A stretch of 64,000 nucleotides of DNA from Tubiluchus corallicola. Taxonomy: Eukaryota; Animalia; Priapulida. Below are positions 49,864 to 63,400 of the stretch, one piece after another; positions within the stretch are counted from its first letter, which is position 1, and each line of letters opens with the position of its first letter. The DNA lies in contig JAQGDQ010000674.1 in the NCBI GenBank assembly GCA_030141605.1, forward strand, positions 1 through 64,000, written 5' to 3'. The notes under the pieces were generated by a model. The model did no database searches. It saw only the letters and a program-made list of their open reading frames with translations, and was not told where the DNA came from. Made by a program: the position numbers and the translations under genes.

Positions 49864-50154
49864 CTGCAAAAACGGGAAAAAACTTGTTTTAATAGCGAAA
49901 CAATAAAACCTCGCACACCATACTTGAACTAAATGTGTGGAAGTTGGAATTGTACATTATAATTAGGTGCTGCCATCTATGGGCTACTCCTGTTACATTC
50001 TACCAGCTGACTTACCCCCAGTATAATTGTATGGTCCAGTGAATGCATATTCACTGGTTTTCTCCGTATTTTAAAGTAATGGTTGTTGTGAAGCCTGTGC
50101 AAGTCTGCATAGGTCACCTATACCTATATATACTGACTGGTTTTGCTTTCTAGT

Positions 50155-50646
50155 CTCTCTAACTCTCAGAGTTCAGTGCAGGAGACTCTCTCACTCTCAC
50201 TCTCATTGTTCAGTGCAGGAGACTCTCACACTCTAACTCTCAGTGTTCAGTGCAGGAGACTCTCACTCTCTAACTCTCAGAGTTCAGTGCAGGAGACTCT
50301 CACACTCTCACTCTCATTGTTCAGTGCAGGAGACTCTCACACTCTAACTCTCAGTGTTCAGTGCAGGACGCTCTCACACTCTAACTCTCAGTGTTCAGTG
50401 CAGGAGACTCTCACACTCTCACTCTCAGTGTTCAGTTCAGGAGACTCTCACACTCTAACTCTCAGTGTTCAGTGCAGGAGACCCTCACACTCTAACTCTC
50501 AGTGTTCAGTTCAGGAGACTCTCACACTCTAACTCTCAGTGTTCAGTTCAGGAGACTCTCACACTCTCACTCTCAGTGTTCAGTGCAGGAGACTCTCACA
50601 CTCTAACTCTCAGTGTTCAGTGCAGGACGCTCTCACACTCTAACTC
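50155..50646. repeat. 37-bp minisatellite
   Basis: Unit ctctcagtgttcagtgcaggagactctcacactctaa. Confidence 0.95.
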
Positions 50647-51158
50647 CTGTTGTTGATTAATAGCATTATTAACCCAAAGTGTTTTTATCATTTCATAACA
50701 ATTTTGACCTGTATTTCACATAAAATCTAAATGCAATTTTTAGTTTAATCAAGATTGACCTTATTTTGTTGCCCGCAAATTAAACTACATGTATATTCTT
50801 TTCTCTGGATTATATAGAAAATGTCATAATTTTAAAAATTACTAATGTTTCCTAAATTAAACTGATAACATTAATGCCCACCAGTGTCTAACAAATCATT
50901 TTATCTATATTTGGTAAAGGATAGCAGACTAGGTGACTTTATAGTCTTTTCGCTATCCTTTCTCTAGTTCTAGATCTATCTATACATTTTAACCATTCTT
51001 CAAAACTTATTAGAGATTCTCTTATTAATTATGTTTTATTGTAGCATTATAAAGAGATAAATAAATTGAAATTGAATTGAATAGCTAAATGAAATAGAGC
51101 TGATTTGTAGCTATTAGGTAAATGTACTGCGTGCATTGTTTACTGATACGCGGAATTA

Positions 51159-51226
51159 CAGTAAACCCTCGTTAAACCGGACTAATTGGGGGGGGGTGTC
51201 CGGTTTAGCCGATTGTCCGATTTATC
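51159..51226. mobile_element. Truncated end of the Tc1/pogo-like MITE
   Basis: cagtaaaccctcgttaaaccggactaat...ccgattgtccgatttatc matches the first ~70 bp of 54721-55045, then stops abruptly. Confidence 0.8.
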
Positions 51227-51705
51227 ATTCTTAGAGCTGCTATAATTCTGGTGCACAATACGTTGTTCTTTAGGAGTGGCAGGTAGAATATTGTCTAAGA
51301 AGCGTCCTACTATGACACCAACAAACATAGGTGTGCTCAGAATGACGCTGATAATATTGTCTAAGAAGCGTCCTACTATGACACCAACAAACATAGGCGT
51401 GCTCAGAATGACGCTGATAATATTGTCTAAGAAGCGTCCTACTATGGCACCAACAAACATAGGCGTGCTCAGAATGACGCTGATAATATTGTCTAAGAAG
51501 CGTCCTACTATGACACCAACAAACATAGGCGTGCTCAGAATGACGCTGATAATATTGTCTAAGAAGCGTCCTACTATGGCACCAACAAACATAGGCGTGC
51601 TCAGAATGACGCTGATAATATTGTCTAAGAAGCGTCCTACTATGGCATCAACAAACATAGGCGTGCTCAGAATGACGCTGATAATATTGTCTATTTCAGG
51701 AACAC
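51227..51705 (-). pseudogene. Orphan SLC23 (nucleobase/ascorbate transporter)-like exon with six in-frame 66-bp tandem units
   Basis: Acceptor ctcttcacag|GT. The collapsed peptide GVPEIDNIISVILSTPMFVGAIVGRFLDNILPATPKEQ resembles the SLC23 last-TM motif (G..EVDQIL.VLLTT.MFVGG..AF.LDNT.PG.PEERG). No other SLC23 exons were found in the window. Confidence 0.75.
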
Positions 51706-53060
51706 CTGTGAAGAGGTCAGTTTCAAGAAAACGTTTCAGATTGATACAACTAATTAAGTACACAAATTAGCACATAAACCAGAATGTATTCTAATTACAT
51801 TAATCGAATATACTCTTGAAACCTATTGCCAAGGACATGTGATTACTAGTTGTAAATAAAACAGGCTTGGTCTTCTTTTTGGGATGCATTTGAAAAAAAC
51901 TCAAATCTCCCTCATTTTTTAGTGTAACAAAATCTTAAAGAATAATTTATATATTTCAGCCAGACCATCAGCGTTAGGTTCTGATATGATGTTTCGCTTT
52001 CTGTGTAGTCAGGTAACATTATAGGTGAAACAATTAGCTAAGACTTTTCAAAACAGTTTGTAAAAAAATTGCGCCCCCTGCAAAATCGGACAAATAATTT
52101 TTTTTTGCAGTGAAAATTGCAGTTCGCATGTAATCATTTTCAATATGAATTAGAATTAGGTAAAAAAATGTTTGGTAGCTTCAGCGTATTATTTTCTTAA
52201 AACTTGTGTGTGATAAATTTCTGTAAATAACAATTTAGTTAGAGGCACATTAATAACATTAGGTTAACTGAGAGTTAATTTTCTCATTATTGCTCTGTCC
52301 GCTACGCCGTCCTACACACATGCTAATTATAGGCCTGCATGCAGTATAAAAGGCGTTAAAAATTGGCTTAACCATTATTTAACCACTTCGGATACCTCCC
52401 CCCTCCTAGAAATTTTTTGCGCCCCCCCCCCCCTGCTTGCCACATCTAGTTCCGGCCCTGCACGTGAGGGTAGTACTGTTTCCTTTACCAGCACAGCGCG
52501 CTCACAGCTCAAGCCACGTGGTAATTACAACATTAAAATTACACGTGTTTGTTTTATTTACACAGTGTTAAAACAATGGCTAAACATTTTCTGAAACAGC
52601 ACAACCAGTAATTTCCACTACGAGCCGCCACTCACTGTCCCTAAGCTTAATGTTAAATGACCGTGTGTCTATTAGAAAGTTCCAAGCAGTAAACGTAGGC
52701 TATGTATTAGTACTAAAGCTAAACTGAACTTAACCCGTAGACACGTGGTTGTTTTAGTTCCACATCTGAATAATGCAAGGGCCATTATAGTTACCTTTCC
52801 AAGCATACTTTTAACTGATGCGGGAACATGGCAAAAGATTAGTTACTTGAAATTGCTCTGTGCTGCCACCTTTGTTTGGCAAACAAGTGTTAATTTAAAA
52901 TTAAAATTGACAAGAATGCTAAAATTTAAAATACCCCTTAGATTTATACTAATTAATACAATTTGAAGAGTTAACAGAAACACCAACTTTCTTACCTATG
53001 ATAATAATAATTATTATTATCTTTATTTAAACTCGACTTTTAGATAACATGTTAACTTAA

Positions 53061-53513
53061 CCCTTTCAGTCCCAAATTATTTTCTTAATAAGGAAAATTT
53101 TTTGGCTTGGTACTTTTGTTCAGTATTTCCATCTTGTTTACACATAATTATTTTTTTCTACCTGTGCCCGTGTGCTAAATATAGCCTGTATCCCACGGGA
53201 TACATTGGGATTCAATGGAAGCATAAAATGTGCTTCATTTTGCAACTGCTGGTAATTTTTTAAAGTATTTAAGACATTTAGCATGCATGCTATGCTGATC
53301 TGTACAAAGTCGTCTCTAAAGTACTGTACCTTGCACAGTTTTTTATACTATGTAGATTTTCTAGTTTGCCATTTTATCACCATTTTTAGTTTGTTGTTAT
53401 TGGCTTAAATCAAAAGAACTATTAACAGATCAAATAACTGTCAGTTTTAAAATTTTATTATAAACGCAGAAAATATTCTCGTATCCTACGGATTAACAAC
53501 GGGTATGAAAGGG
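53061..53513. mobile_element. piggyBac-like MITE
   Basis: ttaa|ccctttcagtccc...gggtatgaaaggg|ttaa. Close copy at 59915-60352. Confidence 0.9.
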
Positions 53514-54488
53514 TTAAGCTGAAGGAGCTTTTAGTCTGACTGTAAAACTACAACTACATAACAGAGACTGTTATTACCCTGCTGTTACCCTAAATACCAC
53601 ACGCCAGGCCGGGCAACAACAAGTACCATTTTTAAAGTCTTTGGTGTGACCCGGCTACAGCATAGAAATCACAACCTCCCAGACAGAAAGCAGACACGTT
53701 ACCACTAAACTATACCAACTTGTCTAGACTATACTGTCTGGTCACCCTCCCATCTGCCCAATCTCCCTTGCTTTTATCGACCTATGCTACATTAATTATT
53801 ACTACTATTAATTATGCTACGTTTAGAATTCTCAACACTTTTGTACCTGTCAGTATAATTAATTATGACTTTAAAGGTTAAGTTGCGCACGCACACACCT
53901 GTCTGCAGCACATGTTGTGATCCATTTGACCATTTTATTGTTTTTTACAGTTTTCAGTCAGTTTTGTAGCTAAAAAGATTACTTTTTTGGCTAATTTTCT
54001 CCAGTAGGCCTAATCATTCGGTATTTATTGTACTTCCTATATGACAAGGTGTACTAAGTGCACTTAGAATGCTTCTCATTCTTAACCTGTTGAACTTGTA
54101 AGTGGCTCTCAGGCATCACTGTATACCCTCTGCCGTTGACCCTGTCTACCTGTATTACCTGATCCGCTTCACTGGTACAGACGTATGTTCATCGAGCCGT
54201 CCCATCTTCACCTGGTGTGCTTACGTTGCTACTGTGAAGTAGTATTCTTGTGTAAGTAATTGTTAGCTAATCAGTTACATTGACACACGAGAATATAGTG
54301 ATTATTTACTTGAACATATAGATACAGGAGTGCTAAATATTGATTCACCGATTTCGTGACTTTTACTATCTTATTCGACTGATTGTGTGTCAATTATTGT
54401 TTCTTAATCAAAATACACTTTATTTGGAATAGATCAGGTAAGCCATCAGAATGAATCATCTTTATTTGGATGCCAGAGGTTTTAACTA

Positions 54489-55260
54489 TAGGTGTGAGCA
54501 TGGAACGTTCAAGTTTGAACGACCTTTTTTACTTCAAATTCGATTCAAAACTAAAATTATGTGTTCAAATAATGCAGCATTTTAACAACGTACAGTCAAC
54601 CCTCGTTAAACCGGACTAGTGGGGGGGGGGGGGGTTGTCCGGTTTAGCCCATTATCCGATATGCCTATATATTATATTATGTATTTTATTTAGTTTATAC
54701 GTATGTTTTGTATGGACTTGCAGTCAACCCTCGTTAAACCGGACTAATGGGAGGGGGGTCCGGTTTAGCCGATTGTCCGATTTATCCGATATGCCTATAT
54801 ATGGTCTATATTATACAGGAATAATCACCTTAATAAGGCCTATATGCTGTACACTATATAGTATACTGTATATTACTTTAAAATAGTTAACCTGTGAGGA
54901 TAAAGAAATTATTGTACAGTTGGTAGGCCGTGTTGTGTTTAGCGCTCCGGCTCGGACGGAAATCGGTCAGTTTCCTTTACCACGGATGACGTCCGTCTTA
55001 TCCGATATCCGGGCTAACGGGGTCCGGTTTAACGAGGGTCGACTGTACGTTCTACATCATTAAAACATCTGAAACATCATGTAATCAGCACAATTTTGTT
55101 GCGATTTCTGTGCAGTTTTTAAACAAATTACTATTGTTCTTAAAAATGCAGAATGCAATAAAGTGTTTAAAACTGAATTCAAAAGCTCTGAAATTCGGCT
55201 TGGTATAAGTTCGGAAGTCACAAATTCAAATCTTTTTCTGGTAAAGAATGCTCACCCCTA
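54489..55260. mobile_element. hAT-like MITE (family of 18096) with a nested Tc1/pogo-like MITE at 54593-55045
   Basis: Outer ends taggtgtgagcat/atgctcaccccta. Inner ta|cagtcaaccctcg...cgagggtcgactg|ta, with its left end present twice (54593 and 54721). Confidence 0.8.
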
Positions 55261-55349
55261 CTAGCTGTTCGTTTCCATTCTGAACCTATATTTTACACCC
55301 ACAACACGTTATACAGCTGTATAAGTACGTGTAAGGGTGCATAAGTGTT

Positions 55350-56085
55350 CATTGCTTACAGTGGTCGTAATCGTTTTTTATGGCTATAAGAATTTTACTA
55401 GCAAACCACGGAGCTAAGGTCATATGGCTATGTTAATCAACACCAACTGAAAACAGTTGAAAATGGCAAAAAACTAAACCACAAATTCGTAATTTTTAGA
55501 AATAACTTGCCCAATTTTGCCATAACTTTGTCTTATGCAGCTTTCTTATCAAAAACTGTTGAAATATTGGCACCATGTATCAATGTTGAAGCTTTCTAGT
55601 AATCATTATTTGCTACACATAAAATGCTTTGCACTATCTTAAACACTTGTTTAGTTTTACGTGTGTGTAAGTGTTCAAATATCGAAATTTTATTATGATG
55701 GTAATAAGATCATGCTATTTGATTTAAAATAATTACAATGCAGATAAATACGTGTATGTAGATATAATGTTGATAGATGTACACTTTATTATTACACGAT
55801 GCACAAGTAGATGCTATTTGTACTAAACTTTATAAATTTAAAGCAAAATTAAACAAGTACTTAGATAATGCAAAGCTATTTATGTGTAGCAAATACTGCT
55901 TACTAGAAAGCTGCAATTTTCATACACGGCACCGATTTTTCAGCAAATTTATGGTTCAGTTTTGCCATTTTTAAGTGTTTTTAATTTGTGTTGATTATTT
56001 CCATTAACATAGCTATGTGACCTTAGATCCATGGTTGCTAGTAAGTCTTATCGCCATAAAAAGAACTTTTATAACCTTTATTAGC
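55350..56085. mobile_element. Degenerate long-palindrome (foldback) element
   Basis: Arms of about 300 bp, e.g. ttactagcaaaccacggagctaaggtcatatggctatgttaat vs attaacatagctatgtgaccttagatccatggttgctagtaa. The central part 55678-55833 is repeated at 56357-56513. Confidence 0.65.
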
Positions 56086-56773
56086 AATTCAGAAACTTCG
56101 AGGGCCATGCTTGTCATGTTAGATTGTTTGGCAGAACTTTATCGGGTGGACAATTTTGTTTCAGTAAAATCATTAGCCCTTCTGAAATGAAAACAGACGA
56201 TGCTGTGTTCACTGAACATTGCACAGGAATAGTTCTGGGCAAGACGTGGATACTATTGACTTTTTATTGCAAAATGTCAAAGGTCAAAGTCACAAGGTTA
56301 AAAATGTCAAATAAATTCTTGTCCACAATAGCTTTGCCAGTGTGCCTTTGAAATACTAATATTGAAATTTTATTATGATGGTAATAAGATCATTCTATTT
56401 GATTTAAAATAATTGCAATGCAGATAAATACGTGTATGTAGATATAATGTTGATAGATGTACACTTTATTATTACACGATTCACAAGTACGTGCTATTTG
56501 TACTAACATTTATAATCAAAATTTGCTGATCTTTTTATTTACCGTGGGCACAGACTATGAGACTGTAGAAAATAACTTACCGGGAGGTACTTTGGCAGTT
56601 TGTCATTGTCAGGCATACATTTGCATATTTGAACAAGAAATATGGCAATATTTCTGTACTGCTTTTTATTCTTCATTGATAATGCATCAAAATCAAGTGT
56701 AGATGAGGGCTGAGGCAGTTAAGCTTTCTAATTAAGCGTTTAAACGCTGTTAACTGCGGTCGGTTACCCGATG

Positions 56774-56897
56774 TGACGTCATACATATATATCGAATTCA
56801 GTTGATGAACTAATACGAACAAATTGCCTAACTCTAACCCTGGTTTACATAGCATTATACAGTTCAGAGATATAAACTTTAGATTTACGAAGTAAGT
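56774..56897 (+). promoter_or_regulatory. Candidate UGDH promoter and non-coding first exon
   Basis: CRE TGACGTCA at 56774-56781, Inr TCAGTT at 56798-56803, and a gtaagt donor at 56892 upstream of the acceptor at 57419. Confidence 0.4.
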
Positions 56898-57059
56898 ACA
56901 TAAGATCTACTAAAATCAATGTTGTGTTGTTCTTCCGGTATCTACACCCAATAAAACTTACGACTTTATTTTTTTCAAATCATTTTTTTATCAATTTCTT
57001 TTGTACAGTATCAGTATTACTATCCCTACTTCTCTGTGCCTAAACTCAATCATAACAAA

Positions 57060-57295
57060 GTTATCTGTGAGTATTTTCTGTGATCTGTCAAAAGCTTTTG
57101 ACCTGTTGATCATAAAATTTTAATTAACAAATTATACCACTATGGAATAAGAGGTGTTGCAAATAATTGGTTTGTAAGTTACCTATCTGGCAGGTTACAA
57201 GCAGTAAAGTATAACGCAAAATTAATATCTTGTTGTGTTCCACAAGGGTCGATACTTGGCCCACTCTTGTTCCTATGTACATTAATGATATAAAA
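57060..57295 (+). mobile_element. LINE reverse-transcriptase fragment (CR1/L2-like), frameshifted
   Basis: Translates in pieces to SIFCDLSKAFD..DHKILINKLYHYGIRGVANNWFVSYLSGR...VPQGSILGPLLF. Confidence 0.85.
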
Positions 57296-57456
57296 CATTA
57301 GGGTTAGAGTTACGAGCAATAACCCCCTCCGCCATGTTTACTCTCACATTGTGGAATCGTCACGATATTGTCTACGGATACTGACTTGATGCGTTTTAAT
57401 TCATGTTTTGATTTTCCAGGTTGGTAGAGAATCTCCACGGTGTGCTGGTACAAATT

Positions 57457-60400
57457 ATGAAAGTCAGGAAAATTTGCTGCATAGGTGCCGGGTATGTCGG
57501 AGGACCCACGTGTAGTGTCATTGCCTACCAGTGTCCTCAGATCCAGGTGACGGTGGTGGATTTAAGTCAACAGCGGATCGACCAATGGAATTCTGACAAA
57601 CTTCCCATCTATGAGGTAAATTGCCAAAGATAGTCCAATTACTGTCAAGCTCGTATATAAGGGACACCTCGGGACTGGAAAAAACTGTCCCTTATATCCA
57701 ATGTCCCTTATAGCCGAAGTTGGGTCAGACTGAAGGTGCATGTAGACCTGTACTTTTCTGTACTTTTGCCCATGTTTTTATGGATTATTGCTACACATTC
57801 AGTGCAAACGGTACGTAGGAAGCTCCTTCAATGATGAGAGATGTATGTGACCGCGGAAACCGAGTTGTTCGAAGGCCGAGTTTGCGAAAAATTGTAGTTA
57901 AAAATCAATCAATTTCGCTTTGATCATTGGGTCTCTAATATGCGAGGTAATTTACCTGGGTTTCTATTACGCGGGACCTGAAGACATCGTCCCTTATAAT
58001 CGAAAGTCCGAGTACCTTATATACGAAGATTTTTACATAGGAAAAACGTAACAAAAAATCCGGACCAGTGTTGGTGGTCCCTTACAAGTGAGTACCTTAT
58101 ACCCGAAGTTGACTGCACCTACATTTGACCTCATCACTATATGCGAGAGGTACTTAGAAGACTAGAAGTTGACCAGCTTCACCCAACTTGCAACTGCTTG
58201 ATTTGAGAATTGAACAAAACAGTAGTTTTCCACATCCTGTCCTATTTTGAAGTATGGTAAATAATGCCAAATCATTTCTGATAATTAAATGATATGTTAA
58301 ACACTTAATTGACGGTGTGAGAGGCTAACTAGCGATGACATCACAACTGAACATAATTTTGGACAGCACAAACATTCCATGAGAGTGTTGCATGTGTTTG
58401 CAAAAGGGAAAATTGAAGTACAGTGAGCTACAAGACAACATTCACTGTGATAAATATTAATGCAACAAAGTCTAAGTTTAAAATTTCAATTTCGAGCTCT
58501 CGAACGTCACAAACGAACAACTCTGAACTGAGAGGTACAGCACCTGTTACTTGTGCACAGCATTTCCGAGTTGCAGGCGCTAGTATCCGTCTAACTAGCG
58601 AATGGCGAAATGCATGTTATAGTGAAGAACTAGCTGCGCAAACATGAAATTACAATTTTGTGGTGATAAATTCTCTCATCTCTTGAAAAATAGTATGTTC
58701 TCTTTCAATATTTTATAGAGTAGATCATTTTGAGCTACAGTTTATGATTGGGTCTGGTTTTCCTTTAAAGAACATTTTTAAACAAACCTCAACAGTATGT
58801 AATGTGAACTTTTGCCGGTAAATCTCAATCATTAATAATTCAGGAAGTAAAAGACAAACTCGTATTACCTGGCTAGAGCAGGTTTTCCATTCAATCTGAG
58901 ATGAGTCTGTTTAGTTAAGGACCCGTTTTTCTCAGTTACTGTAATTTCGTCAGGTCGTTTGGTTGAAGCAGTTCATGAAACTGTATAATTCAATTTCTAC
59001 AGTTGGAAACTCAACTGTTTGTATAAATCCTTTGTTGACTACATTTGAGCTACAATCGAATCAGTTACTGTTCATACTGAGGTGCCTAAGTGAAGACATT
59101 TAGCATGTGCAGTCCCTGTAATACAGATCTTTTCTTGAAATACGTCCAGGTCAAATTTTGAAGCTACACTCGACACGCTTTCGAAAACATCTCAGATTAA
59201 GTACATGAACTCTTGTTTATGGTCCTATTCTTACCACAGCATTACGTTCTATGAAGTTTAGTAAATTTTCTCTTTGCTATGCTGTATCTGACAGGTTGAA
59301 GCAAAACGGGACTCAGTCTTAAACTGTAGGTCAAAACAACCTACTGTTTAGAATATTGAAAGGAACCGTACTATTTTTTCAAAAATGACTTACGTGAAAC
59401 AATTATTACCACACAAACACAATTTCACGTTCGTGCCACTAGTTCTTCGCTGTTACACGCATTTCGCCATTCACTAGTTAGACGGGCACTAGCCCCCGCA
59501 TTTCGTTGTGCACAAAAAACAGGTGCTGTAGGTGAGTTCAGATGTGTTAGTTTGTGACGTACTACACACGTTTGACAGCTCATGCGTGAGCACAGCGGAA
59601 AATTTAAAATTTGAATTTTTATCTTAAAACTTGCTGAGTTTTAGTACAACACCGCATCTCTTACAGTAGTCCTGTACCTCAATTTTCACTTTTGCAATAT
59701 TTCACTTTTGCTGGCTCGTGGAATATTTTTGCTGTTGAAAATTATGTTAGTTTGGGATGTCATCAATAGATGGGCTCGCCTGCCCTTAATTAAGTTTTTA
59801 ATCTATTATTTAATTATCAGAAACGCTTTTGCAGTATTGCTGGTGTTAAAATGTATAATTTTTACCATGCCTGAAATGGCGTAGTACATGAAAAATCATT
59901 CTTTCTTCCTTTAACCCTTTCAGTCCCAAATTATTTTTTTAATAAGAAAAAAATTTTGGCTTGGTACTTTTGCTCAGTATGTCCATCTTGTTTACACATA
60001 ATTTTTTTCTACCTGTGCCCGCGTGCTAAATATAGCCTGTATCCCACGGGATACATTGGGATTCAATGGGAGCATAAAATGTGCTTCATTTTGCAACTGC
60101 TGATAATTTTTTAAAGTATTTAAGACATTTAGTATGCATGCTGTGCTGATCTGTACAAAGTCGTCTCTAAAGTACTGTACCTTTCGCAGTTTTTTATGCT
60201 ATGTAGATTTTCTAGTTTGCCATTTTATCACCATTTTAGTCTATCGTTATTGGCTTAAGTCAAAATAACTATTAGCAGATCAGACTGTCAGTTTTAAAAT
60301 TTTATTAATTTTAAAGGCAGAAAATATTCTCGTATCCAACGGTATGAAAGGGTTAAGTAAAGATTGTGAGATAAAACTGCTTAAGGCATTCAGATCTTTA

Positions 60401-63400
60401 CCTGTGCCAGTATATTTAACGTGGGCAGAATTGTAACAACTTTCTATAGCTGAGAATTTTATGTTGTCCACAGGTACTAGGTATGTATGCGAATGCAGTA
60501 GAACGAGAACTAGAGTAATTATTGTTACAGCTTTTCATTAAGCGTTTTATTGTGTTGTATATTGCCAACTGTAGTTAATTTAACTTGTGCACCACAACTT
60601 TTATTCATTTTAAACTGGTGATGAGGGAATTCAACAGTTAGTGGACAATTTCAAATTCATTGAGCAAAATTAACTACCATAGTCACTTGACAATTTGCGA
60701 GCTTTTTCTACTACAAAGTATGAAGTCTAAAAATGGATTTTTTTATATTTCTTACTCGGAAAAATAGAGAATAATAATCCAGTCATATCTAATCTATTTC
60801 TGCTGCCTGTCAGAGTTACCTACGAACACACATTTGCAGGTAATAAGATGAGAATTGTCTTTAGGTCACTGACCTGTCTCGGAGCTTCAGAAGCAATATT
60901 CATTTTCTTTTCTGTCAGCCTTATTTCCTGTGGTTAACTGATTGCTAATTTACCTTATCACGTTTAATGAATCTTGTCAAGTTCAGTTTTCTTCAGAAAG
61001 TCAGAGTAATTGATTAAGCTCTACCTTGTTTAACAATAAACTGGTTGTCAATTTTGCTGCAGAAATGAATAGGCCTTCACTGAGCGATGAAGTTATAGCC
61101 AAAAATGTAAAAAAAACTCATTGCAGTCAGTAGAAAACTAGAAAAAAGGAGTTTGCACTAACTCATAACTATGCCAAGCTTGTTTTACAGCATTAACAAG
61201 TGTTGTCAAATCTACCTATTACTAATCAATAATGCACGAACATCATATGTAGTGTCCCTTTTATTGCAAAAACAGTTGATATCCCAAAACTCCTATCATC
61301 AACAATTATAGACTAATCTCATAATTACATGTTTTTTAATTTGTTTTCATACCAGAAATGCTTAAATGCTGATCACTATGTAATAATAATAATAACATAT
61401 TTTGTTTTTTAAAGTCATTAACTAATCAACAAGTAAGCCCAGCTGACACTGTCACACTATATCACTAAAATCATGCCCCTCAGCTGACCTTTTTTCTGAC
61501 CTTTGACCTCCAGTATGACCTTGTACTCTCCACAACCCCTTGGTGCTTATTCGACACACTAGAATGATCCGCTATATCTTAGCAAATAGCAAGGCTGCTA
61601 CAAGCTGTAAACTCTGTTAAATTCGAGGTTGCGTATTTCAATTTTCTCCTAACCTACTTGTTTGTGAGTAATAAATTAATCTTTGTACTGCAGGGTATCC
61701 AAAAATCTCATTGTGTTTTATTAACGTCGTGTACTTGGTGATTGACTCGTATCCGTAAAAATGCTTTTTTGTCATATTTTTGTGTTATTTTCTGTCAGTG
61801 TGATTTGGCATCAATGTATTGTGTATGCATAGTTTATCCATACTGGAAACTTGAATGTATATGTATGTAGTCAGCTTTGGTTATGTACAGAATACAAATT
61901 TGCATTCGGGCTTATCAGAGCTTCAATTGCAAGCAGTACCTCTCACGCTGCATGTTTTGTTTACTGTTACCCCTGCTCTCCACAGAGATGAGAATTTTCC
62001 GCGGATACGCGGAATTCCGAGTTTTTGGAAGACCAGTAGTGCCATTTTTTGTAAATCGCGTAAATTCGTTGAGAAAATTTTTACGGACCCAGTACTTAGG
62101 CGCTTTTGAGACAATTAGGTATCATGTATCCTTGATAGTTGGGTATTTTAAATTATGCATGAAACAAGGTAATTGATATTTTAAGTCCACTTAGAGGTTC
62201 TCTACTGTCACAAAATTGCAATTTGTTGCTTCGCCCCCTTGAACCCCCATGGGGGCCTATGTGGTCCTCAAACCCCCGGCCTGTTTCAGAGTTTTTTGCA
62301 ATTTGTCATTCTCATCCCTGGCTCTCTGGGAGAAGAGGGTTACTATGTATGCTCAATGGGGTAACACTGCCATACTTCTTGGCCCTCTGGTTTAGTAGCT
62401 GGTACTCGTGTACTGATTCGATAGATCAAAATTGCACAAGGTTACAGCGCTTATCGTGGTCTGCTAAGGCAATCGCAACTACAGATTCGTTTCGCGACGT
62501 TCAGGATTGGTTTAGCATCAAGACGATCTTTATTCCTGCAGACATGAAAACATAGCAACTCTGGTACATTTTGTGAAAGTCATGTTTGAAGTTGTAGATC
62601 ACTCACTTTGTTATGACTGAGTTTAGGCACAGAAGTATGAACAAGAATAAAAAATCTATAATACATATTTGCACTGCACACAACAGAAAAGTGTTTATTA
62701 AACTACAGACACATGAGTAGCATGACTGCTGCACTGAACACTGAGAGTGAGAGTGAGAGTCTCCTGCACTGAACACTGAGAGTAAGAGTGTGAGAGTCTC
62801 CTGTCTCCTGCATTGAACACTGAGAGTAAGAGTGTGAGAGTCTCCTGCACTGAACACTGAGAGTGAGAGTGAGAGAGTCTCCTGCACTGAACACTGAGAG
62901 TAAGAGTGTGAGAGTCTCCTGCACTGAACACTGAGAGTTAGAGTGTGAGAGCGTCCTGCACTGAACACTGAGAGTTAGAGTGTGAGAGTCTCCTGCACTG
63001 AACACTGAGAGTGAGAGTGTGAGAGTCTCCTGCACTGAACACTGAGAGTTAGAGTGTGAGAGTCTCCTGCACTGAACACTGAGAGTTAGAGTGAGAGAGT
63101 CTCCTGCACTGAACACTGAGAGTTAGAGTCTTCTGCACTGAATACTGAGAGTGAGAGTGTGAGAGTCTCCTGAACTGAACACTGAGAGTTAGAGTGTGAG
63201 GGTCTCCTGAACTGAACACTGAGAGTTAGAGTGTGAGAGTCTCCTGCAATGAACACTGAGAGAGTGAGAGTCTCCTGCACTGAACACTGAGAGTTAGAGT
63301 GTGAGAGTCTCCTGCACTGAACACTGAGAGTGAGAGAGTGAGAGTCTCCTGCAATGAACACTGAGAGAGTGAGAGTGACTAGAAAGCAAAACCAGTCAGT

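Noticed and set aside
51276-51770. 164-aa plus-strand repeat ORF, and a CRISPR-like look of the 66-bp array
   Set aside because: The ORF is the antisense reading of the SLC23-like repeat. The units are contiguous with no unique spacers, and the DNA is eukaryotic.
50650-62700. A minus-strand UGDH exon 1
   Set aside because: Searched by eye and in the ORF track for a reverse copy of [12 protein letters not shown] and found none.
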